A stretch of DNA of 64,000 nucleotides, taken from the NCBI GenBank assembly GCA_000320545.1, contig ADNK01002594.1, positions 1 to 64,000 of the forward strand, read 5' to 3'. Below the pieces are notes generated by a model. The model worked only from the letters and a program-made list of their open reading frames with translations, searched no databases and was not told the origin of the DNA. Made by a program: the position numbers and the translations under genes. The stretch comes from Bigelowiella natans CCMP2755 (Eukaryota; Protista; Cercozoa). Position 1 is the first letter of the stretch; each line of letters opens with the position of its first letter. This document shows, piece after piece, positions 12,613-26,649 of the stretch.

Positions 12613-15465
12613 TCAGTCTGCTGCTCCTTTCATGGTAACTTGAACGTCTGAGATGGCGTGTGTATCGTTGCCCTCTGGATTCCCTGAATTCGTGGCCTTT
12701 GCTTCTGAAGGATCAATAGCATGTTGCTTCCCGTGACTCCGTTTCTGTGGGACCACGGATGTGCCCCCCACCTTAGAATCTACTTGGCTAGTTCCTGAAG
12801 CAACCCTTACATTTGGCGTCGTGCCTGTTGTCTCTAAGGCAGGTGTATTTTGCCGACTAGAAGCAAGGTCGCCTCCTGCTACAACATTTTGGACTCGAGC
12901 GATGCGTCCCAGCGCACCCTTTCGTTGGATGGCAGAAGTCCTGCGGAACATTTTGTTCCCTCCTCTATTAATACTTCCAAGTCGGCCTCGAGGAAGATTG
13001 TGTCCTGGGGCTCCCGAAACGCTCGCCCTGCTACTAGGTGGTACTGCGGCATTATTCGTTGCTAACTTAGGAATTTGGGCTCTTGAATTAGGGAAGGCGC
13101 TTCTAGCTCGAAATGACATACGCGGCTGGGATGCGCCGACGACATTTTCTCTCTGTATTCCATGCCCGCTCGTTGCTGGACTATTATTGTCATTTCTAGA
13201 TCGATGCTGCGTGTTGATTCGCATAATACTCATGATGTTCTTGCTTATCCCTAAAGCCATGTTTGACCTGCTTTGCCTCACCACAGTCTCTGTATGCATT
13301 TTCTTAATGCGTTCCACGTGCCTTTGCACCTCTCCGGCCTCTGCTTTCATCTCCTTTAGCTCAACACCCCTCGCAGCCTTCTTTAGGCTCTTTATCTCAA
13401 GCCTTTTTTCCAGACGGGATCCGTGCCTATTGCAGAGTATGGCCACGACCCAGTCGAGGCACAAGATCGCGCTAAGGACACCTACTAGTGCAGGCCAGTT
13501 GCTGAGATCGTTCTCGAAGAAGAACCAACCTAGCAAGACGGTAAGTAGCACCGAGGTTATGTGTAGCTGCATCTTTGGTAGCCGTATGAGGCGGAGATCC
13601 TCCTCCGCGTCGCTGCCTTTGACGTTTGTGTACATGCCGGTAGCGAAGAGCTGCACCATGACATAATAGTCGCTGATAAACGCAATCAGTCCAAACACTA
13701 GGACAATAGGTATGATTGAGCCGAACACCATCAGCTCGATGAGGGACCCCGCCATCTCAGCGTACTCGACATCGAAGTCAACCGTCCTCTCCATTGCAAC
13801 ACCGCAGCCTGTGAGCACAACATGGCTCACCTGCTTTGCGAATAAGACCGTTCCGGGGCGGCCGAAAGCCCGCAGAGCCCACTTGATAGTGATGAAATCG
13901 CCGAAGACGTGGACGATTCGCCTCGAGCAAAAGCCTTGACGATATACTGGCGTGCAGACGTCCTCCTGGGTGAGAAACGTGCTATAGAAGCTTCCAAAGT
14001 CGATTGTGGATGGAGCCCCAATGGCTTGCTTCAGTGAGTCTAAATTGATCAACCTTTGAATGGTGAACATGCTGCTGTTGAGGCACGCGTCCCACACTGT
14101 GAGATAGTACTGGAAGCAGCCCTGATCCAGAATGAGGAGGATAATCACCGGCAACAACGTGCTGGTGATCTGGTAAATCACGAGCAACCGCGATGACTCC
14201 TCTGCGTACCCCGTCGCTTCTGCAAACGTGCGCCCAGCTTTGGGAATTAAGAAAGCATTCGTGAACACGGAAGCCATTACAACAGCAGTCACCTCGAAAT
14301 TATTTCGAAGTCTAATCCCCAGGGAGTTTTCGGATGGCAAAGCTGCGCTGATTGTGTAGATGATCGAAGGTACGGAGAGTGTCGTGCAGACGCAGATCCA
14401 CAGAGGTACCAAAAGGAACCATGTCAGCTTTGTGCACCAATGCTTTGTCCTGTTCTTTTTCTGCCCGATCATCTTTCCCAGTTGCTTTTCGTCCTTGAGG
14501 TTTCCAACTGCGGGTAGGGGCATGTTGTCGGTTCCAAATTCTGCCTGTGAATATGATGATGGGCTTGCTTCCCTCGGTGTGCTCCTGCTTCCGGAAATGC
14601 CATCTCTTGCATCCTGAGTACTCCTTGGCATGTTTTTCGCAAAACTAATATTTGCGTGCGACAAGTGGTCAAGCCGTCTCTGCTGCCTCGGAGTTCTCGG
14701 TGGGGAATGAGATCTAGACCTAACAGATCCCGTGATATCATGTTCTGCGTTGTCTTCGTGGTGGTGGTTGCGGCGGCCAATTCTTTGCATATCTGGGGAT
14801 GCTGGACTTCGAGGTGGGGTTCCCTGCTGATTTTCCTGTGCTGCTGTTGATGCTACCTTTTTGTTATCCCCTTCATGACCCTCAATCTGCTTGCGGTATG
14901 AGGCTACCATTTCCGTTGCGTAGTGGGAAGGTATACCAGTCGTTTCTACTGCGAGGACTTCATGAGCGATACGCCTCACGTTTCTGTTGTGGAGGGCACG
15001 GCGTTTGGAGTTATCGTGTGTGCGGATCATGCGGAGATGAAAGATAGCGGTGCATCCAATCGCCGAAAGTGCGTAGACAACAAGGCAGCCGATGGCAGCT
15101 TTCTCTGCCTCTTCAGAATCGAGATAGGCCAAAGAAGACTTCGTTAAGTCGTTGATACAGTCGTAGTACTTAGCTCCTTTCTCAAAAATTGGAACAAGGG
15201 AAACCAACGCGACGAAGCAGCAAACTGCAATACACAAGATGGCAATTTGGAAGGCACGGAGAAAGTCTCTGGCATTGTGCGTGAGACCCAGCGCCTTTAT
15301 TTGGATGATATGGCGAATATTGAAACGGCCCAGGAACCACATAAGGACGGCGTTAATGACGAATAGGAAGAACGTGAACAGCGTAATTTCGATGAGCCGG
15401 CGGCCTAAAAGTAACATAGTTTCAGCTCACAATCTCATCAAATGTTGTTAAATATATATTGTTTA

Positions 15466-15511
<46 letters not shown>

Positions 15512-15715
15512 ATATAAGAGGCACCTTCCTGGCCGTCCGAGTATAGTAAGGTGTTATCTCTTGTCGATGCAAGCACCCAAGACGGGATGGAATCTAGGAG
15601 GGAGAAAACAGAGAACCCATTCAAAAGCACGGCCCCGCTGCGACATGAATGAAAAGTCGGAAATAATATAGCGTACCTCTCGAAGCGGTCATCAGGTTAC
15701 CCATCAGTACAGTCC

Positions 15716-15762
<47 letters not shown>

Positions 15763-18066
15763 AAAAAACTAAGCGGAGAAGTAGTACTATTTTCACTTTC
15801 ATCCTGTACCCGGTTGCTGTAGCTCCCTGGGGGAGGTCTGGTATTTTGCAGGAAATGCGGTTATTGTGTAGAATCAGGTTATCAGCCTCTGAGGACTCCA
15901 TCCTCTCAGGCAGCGTCCCTTCGCACATATTATCACCACTACCCGTTAACCATAAAAAATGACCTAATATGTCAGTTTAGAGACTTACCTTGGATGCTGT
16001 TGTCGTGCATGGTGAGAACTCGAAGCGAAGTGAGATTCTGCAGCAGCGTGTCCGCGGTACCTGACAGAGTTGGTGACGAAGGTGTTCTCTTGCTGAAAAA
16101 CCCAATGATTTCTATTTCCGTGCACATTTAACAACGACGGCAGCAACATAGCGCGATGGTGATAGCGACCTGAAATCTTATTTTTGTGCAGTGTGAGAGT
16201 CTCGAGCTTATTCCTCGGAAGAGTTGGGAGGCTTCCACTGATGGAGTGAAAGGTGGAGAGGGGGGGGGGGGGGATAAAATTACATCATCAATTAGCACAA
16301 CGGGGATGAGGAGGACAATTCATGTACCTTATCAGGTTGTTTGCCAGCTGCAGCTCAGATAGCGCAGTAAGATTTTGGAATGCTTCTGGTAAAGTACCCT
16401 GGAAGGTGATATTGGATGGTGACGAATGTTACGTTAATGCTCCTATGGGCAAACAGGGAGGATAAAAAATCCCACAACATGAGGACAACGAGAATATCTC
16501 TTATACCGAGATCTTATTTGAATCAATGGTGAACGCTTGAAGGAACGCGAGCTTCCCAATCCATTTTCCCAATGTCCCTTCGACAGAATTATTTGACATC
16601 TAAGTAGAGATGTAATGGAGGGGGTTAGGGCATGATTAAATGAAAATATAAAGATCCAAATTTAAACAAACACGGCCCCCAAAAGCATTGAGATTGGAGA
16701 AATATAAGCTCACCCGAAGAAATTGTAGGCGAGGATAATTCTTGAGAGCACTAACATCGCCACTCAACTTGTTGTTATCAAGAAGGAGTCCAAGTAAAAC
16801 AGGCTCTGAAACTCCCGGAGTAATCTAGGAATTGTTAAGATCGAATATGAGCGTAAAACTAGATTCAGAGTGTGTTGATTGTGAGTCGATCACAGTGTCC
16901 GCATGTACAAAGCAGGCATGATTATCATCGTGGCTGTCGTTATCTTACTCTTGGTAAGGTCCCAGAGCATGAGTTATTACTGTTTGAGGAGGAGAAATAG
17001 GAAGAATTTTGAGTCGGTGAGGCTTGCAAGCACACATCACACACATGCCTCCATTGCTTCCCCCCCCCACACACATGCACATGTACACGTGCATTCATTC
17101 ATCCTTTCCTACCTTAAAGAGAGGAAACTGATGTTTCTGGAGAGTTGGGGAATCGTGCCGGAGAACCGATTGCTGTGGGCGACCACAAATCCAGTATTCG
17201 CATAATATGAACTTACGGTCCCTGAAAGGCAGTTCTGGTATATGACGACGCTCAAGTCGCTTGAAGTGGTGTTGAACGAGGCTGGCAATGTTCCGCTGAT
17301 ACATAGCGAGTAGAACCACACCATTGTAAATTCGTGTCCAAACAAACAATACAAATCTTTGAGGATTGATTATCTTGCACCTGATTCTGTTCTGGCTGAG
17401 AATCAAAGAACGGATATGCGGTGACCTGACGAAGGACTCCGGGATCGTTCCAGAAATCAAGTTATCTTGCACTAGCACCTCTTGCACTAGAAGAGAGACA
17501 ATTGAAAGTCAGGTGTTACTAAATGATGATGATGATGATGATGATGGTGATTGTTACTAAATCCCAGATTCTAATAATCTATTCCTGCGTGTTATCGTTC
17601 ATGAGCAATGACCGTTACTGCATTCGGGCAGGTAACCGGAGATTCGATTTGAGGATGCAGATATTGCTGGATAACTGCGTAATGTTGATGACGAGATGCT
17701 TGGAGGAGTGCAACTTCCTGCAGGAAGATATCCTATTGGAAAGATAGACAGAGGTTAACACACCCATAATTCCACGAGCGTTTCATTGCTCCTGCTAGCT
17801 ACAGGCAAGGGTGAACGTACCAGATAGTAAGTTGCTGCTGAGGTCGTAATTGAAAGGGATGCTTTCTGGAATATACCCGGAAAGGCTATTCTGATCCAAT
17901 TGAATATTCAATACCGACGAAGTTGCTGTGAACTGTGGAACTGTCCCGCTAATTAGCAGATCAAAAGATTAGGGGCGCACAGATGAATATTTAATCGTAT
18001 AGGATTCAGTGTATGTGTATAATATCCTATTGAGGTACTTATTATCTCTCTCTATCTCTCTCTCTC

Positions 18067-18103
<37 letters not shown>

Positions 18104-19778
18104 ATTATTATTTTTTCTATTTTTTTATTTTTATTTTATTTTTTATTTATTTTTATTCTATGTGGGTGTGTGTGTGTGTACTCTAATGCTTTCTTTCACC
18201 TCAAGCTGCAATTTCGGATGTTTAGTTCCATCAGAGTTGGCATGGTGGCATAGCAGCTCGGGATCGTCCCCTCCAAACTTGAGTTTGCAAGTAATAGAGA
18301 CGTCAGTCTCGTCTGGCAAATGGAGGTTGGAAGCGGTCCTGCATAACGACGGATGAACAAACGAATGTCTTAAAATGAAGTTTTTTAGAGAAATTCCTTA
18401 TTTTAATATCCCTTCCCCCCCCCCCCCTTTTTATTGCGAAGTCCGGAGATACACATCCAAACACGTTCCCACCTGATATCCCTCGGTTGTTTTGCAAGCT
18501 GAGCTGCTGAATCCTTGAAGATGGAGAGAAGTATGGAAGAGACCCGTCGAGATTGTTGTCGTTTAAGGAAAGAATGTTCGTTCCTGCGAGGTCAATTCCG
18601 ATGATTTGGAAATTAAGAGAAGTCTACTTGGAGCAGTGTGCGTTGGTGACTATTTAAATCTCTCTTTTATTCTTCTTCTTTTCTCTTATATACTTTACAA
18701 AATAGTAGTACCGTTTGCAAGGTAAAAAGGGATGCTGCCCGATATTGTGTTGTTTTCGAAGCTAAGCATGGAGGTGAATATATTCATGAGCAAAATGAGG
18801 GATCTTCCATTCAACACTACATTTTAATCGTCAAAAGCAATAGTATATGCAACCTGATACTGAAGGCTTGGAATGACTCCGGGGAAGAAATGTTTGGAAA
18901 GGTGCCTGATAACCTGATGATGCCCCACCCCAATAGGGAATATGAGAACCTCATCCATAGAGTTATAGTAAAGTTGACTTCTGCACCTATTGTGTCTTAT
19001 AGTAAGCCCAAATGGTGGTGATTCCATCAACCATTGCGGAATGGATCCTGTATGGGGAATTTGCTTGGTGAGAAAGTAAAAAGCGGAGTAAGTTTATTGC
19101 TCTTTTACCAGATATTCGATTGCTTGACAACTCCAGGTCAATTAATTCATCAACTTCTGCATTCAATACCTAATACATAAATTATTCTCAACATTAGAAA
19201 AGATAACCGTAAAATCTATCGCTTATATCCGCGTTCCATACCTCGGGCAAAGTGCCGGAGAAGCTGTTGCTTGTGAAACTGACAGCAGCTTGGGAGCCTA
19301 GCGGCGCAAAATAGCCTTCGGGTATCGTTCCACTTAATTTGTTATCTCTTAGACTTATTATAAGGGTGCTATTTCGCCCTGAGGGCACGGGCAGTGTGCC
19401 TGAGATCCGATTTTCCCACATATTATACCTGATCAAGGCCGGCATCTGAAGGGAGAAGAGGCATGCTGGTAGATGCCCTTCAAGTCCCCAGTTTTGAACA
19501 TTCAACTCCTCGACTTGGCAGTGGAAGTTGCAAGCGATGCCCTGCCAAGCAGCAGAGTATTGTCCGCTACAAGGGCACCCAACATCCCAGTTGTTGGTTG
19601 CCGCGGTTGTCCACTGAGGCCCGTTGGTAGAGTTCCACAACTCCATGAGGCAAGGCTTTTCTTGAATACATGAGGTTGAACATAGGGGGGACCAAGGGGT
19701 GGGTGATGGCGTGCTTGGGCTGGAACCCACGACCGCGATGGTAATCATGAACAACAGCGAGCACGGATTTGCCACCAT
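12613..19778 (-). CDS. Leucine-rich-repeat ectodomain receptor-like multipass membrane protein
   Basis: N-terminal hydrophobic signal, Cys-rich LRR cap (LMELWNSTNGPQW...WQGIAC) and many plant-type LRRs (NRISGTLP, NKLSGTIP, NSFSGTLP, NLISGTIP, NRFSGTIP) on short exons. The 2.8-kb last exon (12613-15417) has roughly ten hydrophobic segments and a long low-complexity tail. Confidence 0.8.
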
Positions 19779-19889
19779 CGTTAATCTGTGTTTTCAGGGG
19801 TCACTTTCTCGTTCCTTCTTCCAAATTTGGACAAGAGGTATAAGGTAAGCTGGATAGGTCAATAACTTCCTGAGCCACCTAGATACAAC

Positions 19890-19924
<35 letters not shown>

Positions 19925-20456
19925 GGAGAACCAATTGCCACCCTCCGTGGCTGAATGAACCTGTAAGTTCTCTAGAGTTGGACAAGAGCCGTTTCGATGT
20001 GGAAAACAAACCGTATATGTTGAACAAATAAAGGCCATCTTCACATCGCGACAACATTTCAGCTGCAAAGGAGGAAAAAAAGACCGGGATCTCCGCGGAA
20101 CAGGAAAAAATGCTATAAACCGCCTGCATTTTTGTGATTTTTAAGCGTCTATTCCGTTCCGAGACAGGAATACCAAAGATTATTACCGGTAGTTCCTTCA
20201 ACTGCTCCCCCCCTCCACGTTTTGATGCGAACGGAGCTCTGAGCAATGTTTGTGCTGCTGCTGATGATCGTCCTATTTGGTGATATGAGTTTAATTTTTA
20301 CTGACTTATCTCTTTCGTTGAGGGGGCGAGGGGCTAGGGGGCACGCGGTCTCTGTCTGAGATGTCTTTGCCATTCAAAGAAATTTCGGAAGTAAACAAGT
20401 TTGAAATAATCTTTTAAAGTAATAGCTTCAATTTTGATTTACGTACGTATTACGCA

Positions 20457-20831
20457 ATGCCAAGGGCTGGAGATAAATGGAGGAGTTCATCATTCAACTA
20501 CATTTTGCAGAGAATGGCCACTTTTCTCGGGCGTCCTCTTGTATCTCCCAGTCTGAGGTTGCTCCAAATAATATTGCAAATATTAAAAATACTTCTGAAA
20601 TGGCAGAATTTTATTGATTCTCAACATCACCATTTTGATTCCCCCCCTTTTAGGAGCAAACGTTAGTTGTCAAAGCTTCTTACATATTCCAAATGTTCGA
20701 TAAGAACGAGGACCAACTTTTCTCTAAGGTGAGGTGAAGACGTCCACACACGCACACACACGGACGCGTGGGCGCATATTATTAAAATAAATGTATACAC
20801 ATACATAATTTTTTTCCTGTTGAATATTTGC

Positions 20832-20868
<37 letters not shown>

Positions 20869-22379
20869 TACGTACTCAGTGAAGGATGGGGAAAATCACA
20901 CAAAAGCTACATTTACTTGCTTAGTCGGAGCTCGAAGCTTTGATTGCTCTAACTACGGATCCAGCGGATCTACCACGGGAAAACACCTACCGGAATTTTT
21001 GCGACTCGTACTTAGATGTCATTTCATCACTCCATGTCTATCTGTCGGCGCATAATGTCAGCATTGGTGAGGTTAATTAATGATTAGGGTTGGTGCTGAT
21101 CTTACGAAAGGCTTGACAATAAAGCAACTTATCGAAGCGTACCGTATTGGCTATGGAGACGTGGAAGCAGACTGGATGCGTCTTTCTCACGACAAGGGTA
21201 GAAGTGATAAAACACTCAAAGAATAACTCGTGAATCAGAATCAGATCGAAGTATTGGTGGATAATAATGTGTCCATGTTTGTGAATGGTAGACGGGTCTA
21301 AGACGTCCAACTATGAGCTCATAGTAGTGGAGGGGGCTCCTTACTACCAAAGTCTTTTGAACGGAATCTATGTGAGAACCAAACTAAAAAGTAGACATCC
21401 CCCAGTATTTGTCAAGGTGATTAAACTGTATGATTGATTACAATGCATCTGAAACTTCGGATCGGTTCTTTACTTTATAGCGTGATCATCACAGAAACAG
21501 CTCCGCACGGTACCTCTATTGGACGGACGAGTACAATGGGGCCTGGCTGCTAGATGACGACATGGATGTAAATATTCACCCTAACCATCTCTACTACTAC
21601 TTGTGTAAACCACAAATACGCTCATGACAAAGATACGACGATGATACAACATGCAATTATCCACTCTTCCTAGCCCTCTAGTTCGAATGGTTTTCTCTCG
21701 TCTCCCGGTGGTGGCATGGCTGGGACATGGGAATTGGCCAACAGAAGGTATTCTAGCTTCAAAGTTCTTCAGCTCCGTAATTCTCGAATCTCTTTCCCCT
21801 ATCATTCAATATGTTTCTGTTTAAAGAGTTGCAAATGATAAACTTGAGTATATTGTCATTGCAGCAAACATTGGATAAAAGAGAAAATGGTGTCTCTTAC
21901 TTGTCTCAAGGAAGGAGAAGAGGCGGCAGTGGCATTCGATAGTGACGGGGCCAGTAGCAATTATGGCCTGGACATTAAAGATCATCTCCCTTCCCATGTC
22001 AATGAAGCTACAAATAAGGTCAATTATTGCTGCTTTCAACCGGTTTTAGCAAGTAATTAACAATCTAATAGCATAGTGTACAATTGATCGACGATTGCTT
22101 ACTCAGGCTGTCCCCTTCGAGATGGTAATTGGGATCGAAGTAGGAACTAATGTTGTCATCATCATCCGAATGCACAAGGCTGCTTTCATCGATGATGGTT
22201 ACGACATTGAAGCTTCCGTGCCTATAGCACGAAATTTAGAAATGATAAGGTCATGTTGTTGAAACTCAAAAATCATGAAGTGGACTCTGGTTAATCTTAT
22301 GTATGTATGTTGTAACAAATATACCAGGCCCGACAGGGTACTCATCGATACACGAATGACTCTTCGAGCTGAAATTTAG
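20457..22379 (+). CDS. EF-hand-containing protein, multi-exon (5' end uncertain)
   Basis: Spliced YIFQMFDKNEDQLFSK|SELEALIALTTDPADLPRENTYRNFCDS|VGADLTKGLTIKQLIEAYRIGYGDVEADW resembles an EF-hand pair. Later exons include RYLYWTDEYNGAWLLDDD, and the terminal exon is PDRVLIDTRMTLRAEI*. Confidence 0.6.
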
Positions 22380-23599
22380 AGGCCGGATCTGCATCACGCA
22401 CGTCAAATATTAGCGATACGTAGTAGTAGCCAAAAAATTATTCAAGCAGCAGAGAACTAATCCAATCTCAGCAGGGCTGAGCTACGCATGTCCGATCTCA
22501 GACAAGAAAAAGAAGTCGTTGCTTTATTGATTATGCTTGTCTATACTTGTTGACTATGATGGCCCGTAGTATATGACGCTGCGGCATGCTAGCATATGAA
22601 CACAATAAGCTAAGCTATGCACCTCTAGACCTCTGTTATCTTAGCGCTATAGCCGCTGCCTTGTATAACTACATTTGGATGACTACTCAAAAAATGCGAT
22701 CATTCCATTGCACCCGTCTCACGACACCTCGCTCCAGCTTTTTTCACAAGCTAGTATATACGTATCGTAGGCCGCTGCGTCATGCACAGCTATGTATGTC
22801 ACATGTGTCTACATCTAGACATGTACATGTACATGCATGTCAATTGTGCGCGGATTATTTCATGGTTGGAGGTGATGCAGTTGTTCGGAAGCGGGCGGAG
22901 CTCGTTTATTGCGCGCTGCGCCTAGCACTAGGCATGTCGTCATTTGCGTGTTTGTTACGTACATGAAAAAATGCATCTAATGTCATGACACAACATGCAT
23001 GCATTTGCTATTCTTTGAGTCTGTTTAGAAATATTAAATCAATGAACTTTGTTGCCCATTTCGTGACAGACAAGACATCGCTTTCTTAATTTTTACAAGC
23101 TTCGATTACATAAACTAAAATCAGCTAGCTCAAAAATTTTCTGAGACTTATTTATCTTCATTTAGACGTTCCTTATTTCTACCTACACTGCTGCGCATCT
23201 GCGTTTCCAATTTATCCTGCACCAGCTCCAAGTCTTCACAGCATGAGACATGTGATATGAAGCCAGTGAAACACGAGAATTAGTCGATGCTAAGCATCCC
23301 TAAAGAAGAGAGATACATATTTACCACCATCAGCACATAGGGATTATGAGCATGATCCATCATAATCCACATCGAACTCCACAATGATCATCCCTGATAT
23401 CCCTCGCTTGCTCTCTGCATGATGAGATGAGACCCCAGAATCAGATGTGTTGTTTGTTTAAGCAGTAGGAAGTTGTTTGTAGAATTGCAGGTTCTCATTC
23501 TAACAGTATGCGTCATCGATACCAGAGAATCACAAGGACTAGGAGCAGCAGAAGAAAGGCCAATCCGGCAAGTTGTAACGGAATAGATACTTGAGCAGT

Positions 23600-24961
23600 C
23601 TGCTCACTTGCTTGTTGAGGTAAGGATGCTGCTATCAAAGATGCTGGTTGTCTCTGGGCGCCACATGGTGTTCCTTCGTCAGCAGAACGTGATATTGCGT
23701 TTAGCATCAAGCCTCTTAACCTCCCTATTACGAGGGTCCTGGAGGAAGTCCTCGCAGTCGAGGCCATTCTCTCGGCTAGAGACGCACAAACAGAGGCAAC
23801 TGGAAGAGTTGAGTCGTACATGATATTTGGTTGGGTACCTGCGTAACAACTCAAATTTAGTAAGAGGGACAAAGAAGTCATATGTTTAAATAAATCATGA
23901 GCATTATTTTAACTTGTATGCCCAGCGAAATCTTAATGAGGAACAAAATTTAACTCAAACTTTTGGCTGAATGAACCTGCGGTACGGAGCCTACTCCTCC
24001 ATCGCGCAAGGCTGCGGCGCCCCCTGTTCCTGTCGCTTTGTGGTGTGCCATCCCCGGAAGCATGTGTATTGTAAGTGTAGAGGGCAAAGGGTTGATCTGA
24101 CGACGATGAAGAGGAGGAGGAGGAGGAGGAGGATGAGAACATGTTGGGGAGAGGCCCGGAGTGCGTGGGCGGAGTGATTTCTGGGAGATGAAATCTTGGA
24201 TCCCGATAGTCCTTTTTAAGCATTGTCAATACTTGATATGAGTTGCATCTGTGAGATACGACTACAAAATTATATTGTCGTATATTTAAATAATAGACCA
24301 ATTTTTTAATATTATCCTTTCCTTTACATATTTCTGGGCTGAGGAATTATCGGCAACAGTCCCTCCCCCTTGCCGTCGTGACTACTATGCCCACACCCCT
24401 CGCTGCCACTTCAACCATACATCAAATTGATTCATCCTCAACATCTACAGCACAATCACGATCACTTGCTACACCTGTCACATTTAGAGCACGGCGAAGG
24501 CACTCGCACAGCGCAGGTATACGGTTCCAGCATTTGCCAAAAAGACTACAAATCATCCAATTCTTACGGCTTTGAAATCAGCGGAATTTATTTTTCTCTC
24601 AAATCGCGTGCGCTACTTTACACGTTCATGTAATTCCCCTGCAAATTATCATTCATTCATTTTCCCAGGTGTAGCTTTGCGTTCCGCTTGCAGTGGTGGA
24701 TGCTCGAGTATCGGTCTCTCGTTGAGAAGAGGAATTCCAGCTGCTTTGTTTCGAAGTAGATTAATGCGGCATGCTGTCGCTTTATGCTCATCGAGTCCCA
24801 GAATAGCCGGGACAAGCTCGAGCTCCACATCTCGTAATCCTGATGAATACATGCTGGATTCTCCTTCCATGCAAGGGACGACAACGTGGTCAGTGACTGG
24901 ACTCAACGTCCTTATTATCAGCATGTTATTTTTCTTGTTTTTAGTTTTATGGGATAGATAA
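23600..24961 (+). CDS. Hypothetical protein, multi-exon, C-terminal hydrophobic segment
   Basis: Phase-consistent GT-AG join 24516|24669 (…RRHSHSA|GVALRSAC…NVLIISMLFFLFLVLWDR*) and open upstream segments at ~23625-23835. No family recognised. Confidence 0.35.
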
Positions 24962-25186
24962 TAAAGTCAGTCAGTACCTTATGAAATGAATGTATTTGCT
25001 TCTACCATTTCGGTAATGAGTAATAATTTAATTGTTAGCAGCCGGGTTAACCTCTTATCTATGCACACGCGCGTACGTAGCATCGTAGTGAATTATTATT
25101 TGCATAGCAGCTAGTTTCATACACATAATGAATGTCTGAAACTGTGTCCTTTAGCGGATCTACGATGCAATGTGCGACGATACCAT

Positions 25187-25314
25187 AGTTGTAGCATGCG
25201 CACATACATGATTGTAAGTATAGCATATGATAAAGATATGTCAGACGGATCAATGAAGTTGTAGCATGCGCACGTACATGCTTATTGTGAGCATAATTTA
25301 TGATAAAGATATGT
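25187..25314. repeat. Diverged direct duplication (~55-58 bp unit, 70 bp period)
   Basis: agttgtagcatgcgcacatacatg-attgtaagtatagcatatgataaagatatgt (25187-25241) vs agttgtagcatgcgcacgtacatgcttattgtgagcataatttatgataaagatatgt (25257-25314). Confidence 0.85.
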
Positions 25315-26586
25315 GCCTATATAACAAACATAATTTAAGCGCTGTGACCTTTGCTTCTAGCTTTGCATATAGCTACATTGGAATGACCATTGAAATTTTT
25401 AAAGTATTTATTACATCCGTCTCATATATCATAGAGTGCGGGCTGGCTACGCTACGCTGCGCAATAAACAAAGAACAACAGGCTGTAATTGCCAAATAGA
25501 CAGCACTTTACGGTACATGCATGTAATGCAATAATGCTACAGTGCCAGAGCCAGAGCCCCGTATCTAGCTATATACTGCAGTATAGGATATAGGGTGGCT
25601 CTGCTAGTTCTGGCTAGTCGTGTACAATGTGCATCTTGTAATCTACGCTAAGAACTACACTATATACATACATCTACAAGGCATCATACTAACATGACTT
25701 ACAGTCGCTATCAGTCACAGAAATAGCAGCTACATCGAGATACCGCTGTAGGTTATCTATTTACATCGCCGGGCTGCTAAAGAGCTGGGATGTCATTTGC
25801 TGCAAGATGAATCTGCTCAACTCCAACTCGAAATTGTAATTGATCGATGGATACTATAAATGTCACTGCGTTGTTAAAAAGAAATTGCACTCGCATGGCA
25901 TTTACAATAAACAACAAAGGGCGCGAGCTCAAACTAACGTAAATATATGATGGCTGAGACATGAGCACAAGTTGGCCGTTGTTGACCGTCCGCTACAGTC
26001 TTCTTTGCTTCCTTTCAAAATCGCCAGTGAGAAAGGTATTACAGGTGGAGTGTGTACATGTTCATATTCCGTGTTCCACAGTCCGAGCACACTCACATCG
26101 ACGTCCCTCAACGCGGATAGAAGCGTGCGGTATATTGCTATCTACAGATTCTCTTCATATGCTAATGTCCTATACAAGCTGACAGAAAAGTGTCGCTGCA
26201 GCAGGGTATTATTCGACTAACAAGAAAGGAAATGGAGGATTTTCAGATCCACAATCAATTCCCTTTCATTATCTCGATTCTCCATGATCTATCTTCCATG
26301 CTTTGTTTGCAGATATACTAGGTCGTTCGAAAGCAGCAGAACGATAGAGTGATATTAGTCTTAAGCAGTCTCCTTCATCTCAGATTTCTGTATTAGTACG
26401 AGCAGCAGTGTCAAGTCATCATCCAGCAACTGCAGCAGCAGCGTTTCAGCTTTACAGCATGACGATGTCCAAGAAAATTACACGCACCGTCTCCCTCTCT
26501 TTCCCTATCTACCCCTCCCCTTCTCCTCTATGCTACTGTGGTCCTCCTTCCTAGTAGATCATCATTGTTGATATAATATATAGAAC

Positions 26587-26625
<39 letters not shown>

Positions 26626-26649
26626 ATGTTTGGGACGAAATGCTTGTTA

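Noticed and set aside
12761-13666. 301-aa plus-strand ORF
   Set aside because: Antisense shadow of the 934-aa membrane-protein exon.
23330-23430. Minus-strand EF-hand-like fragment IVEFDVDYDGS
   Set aside because: Immediately followed by a stop, with no consistent exon chain.
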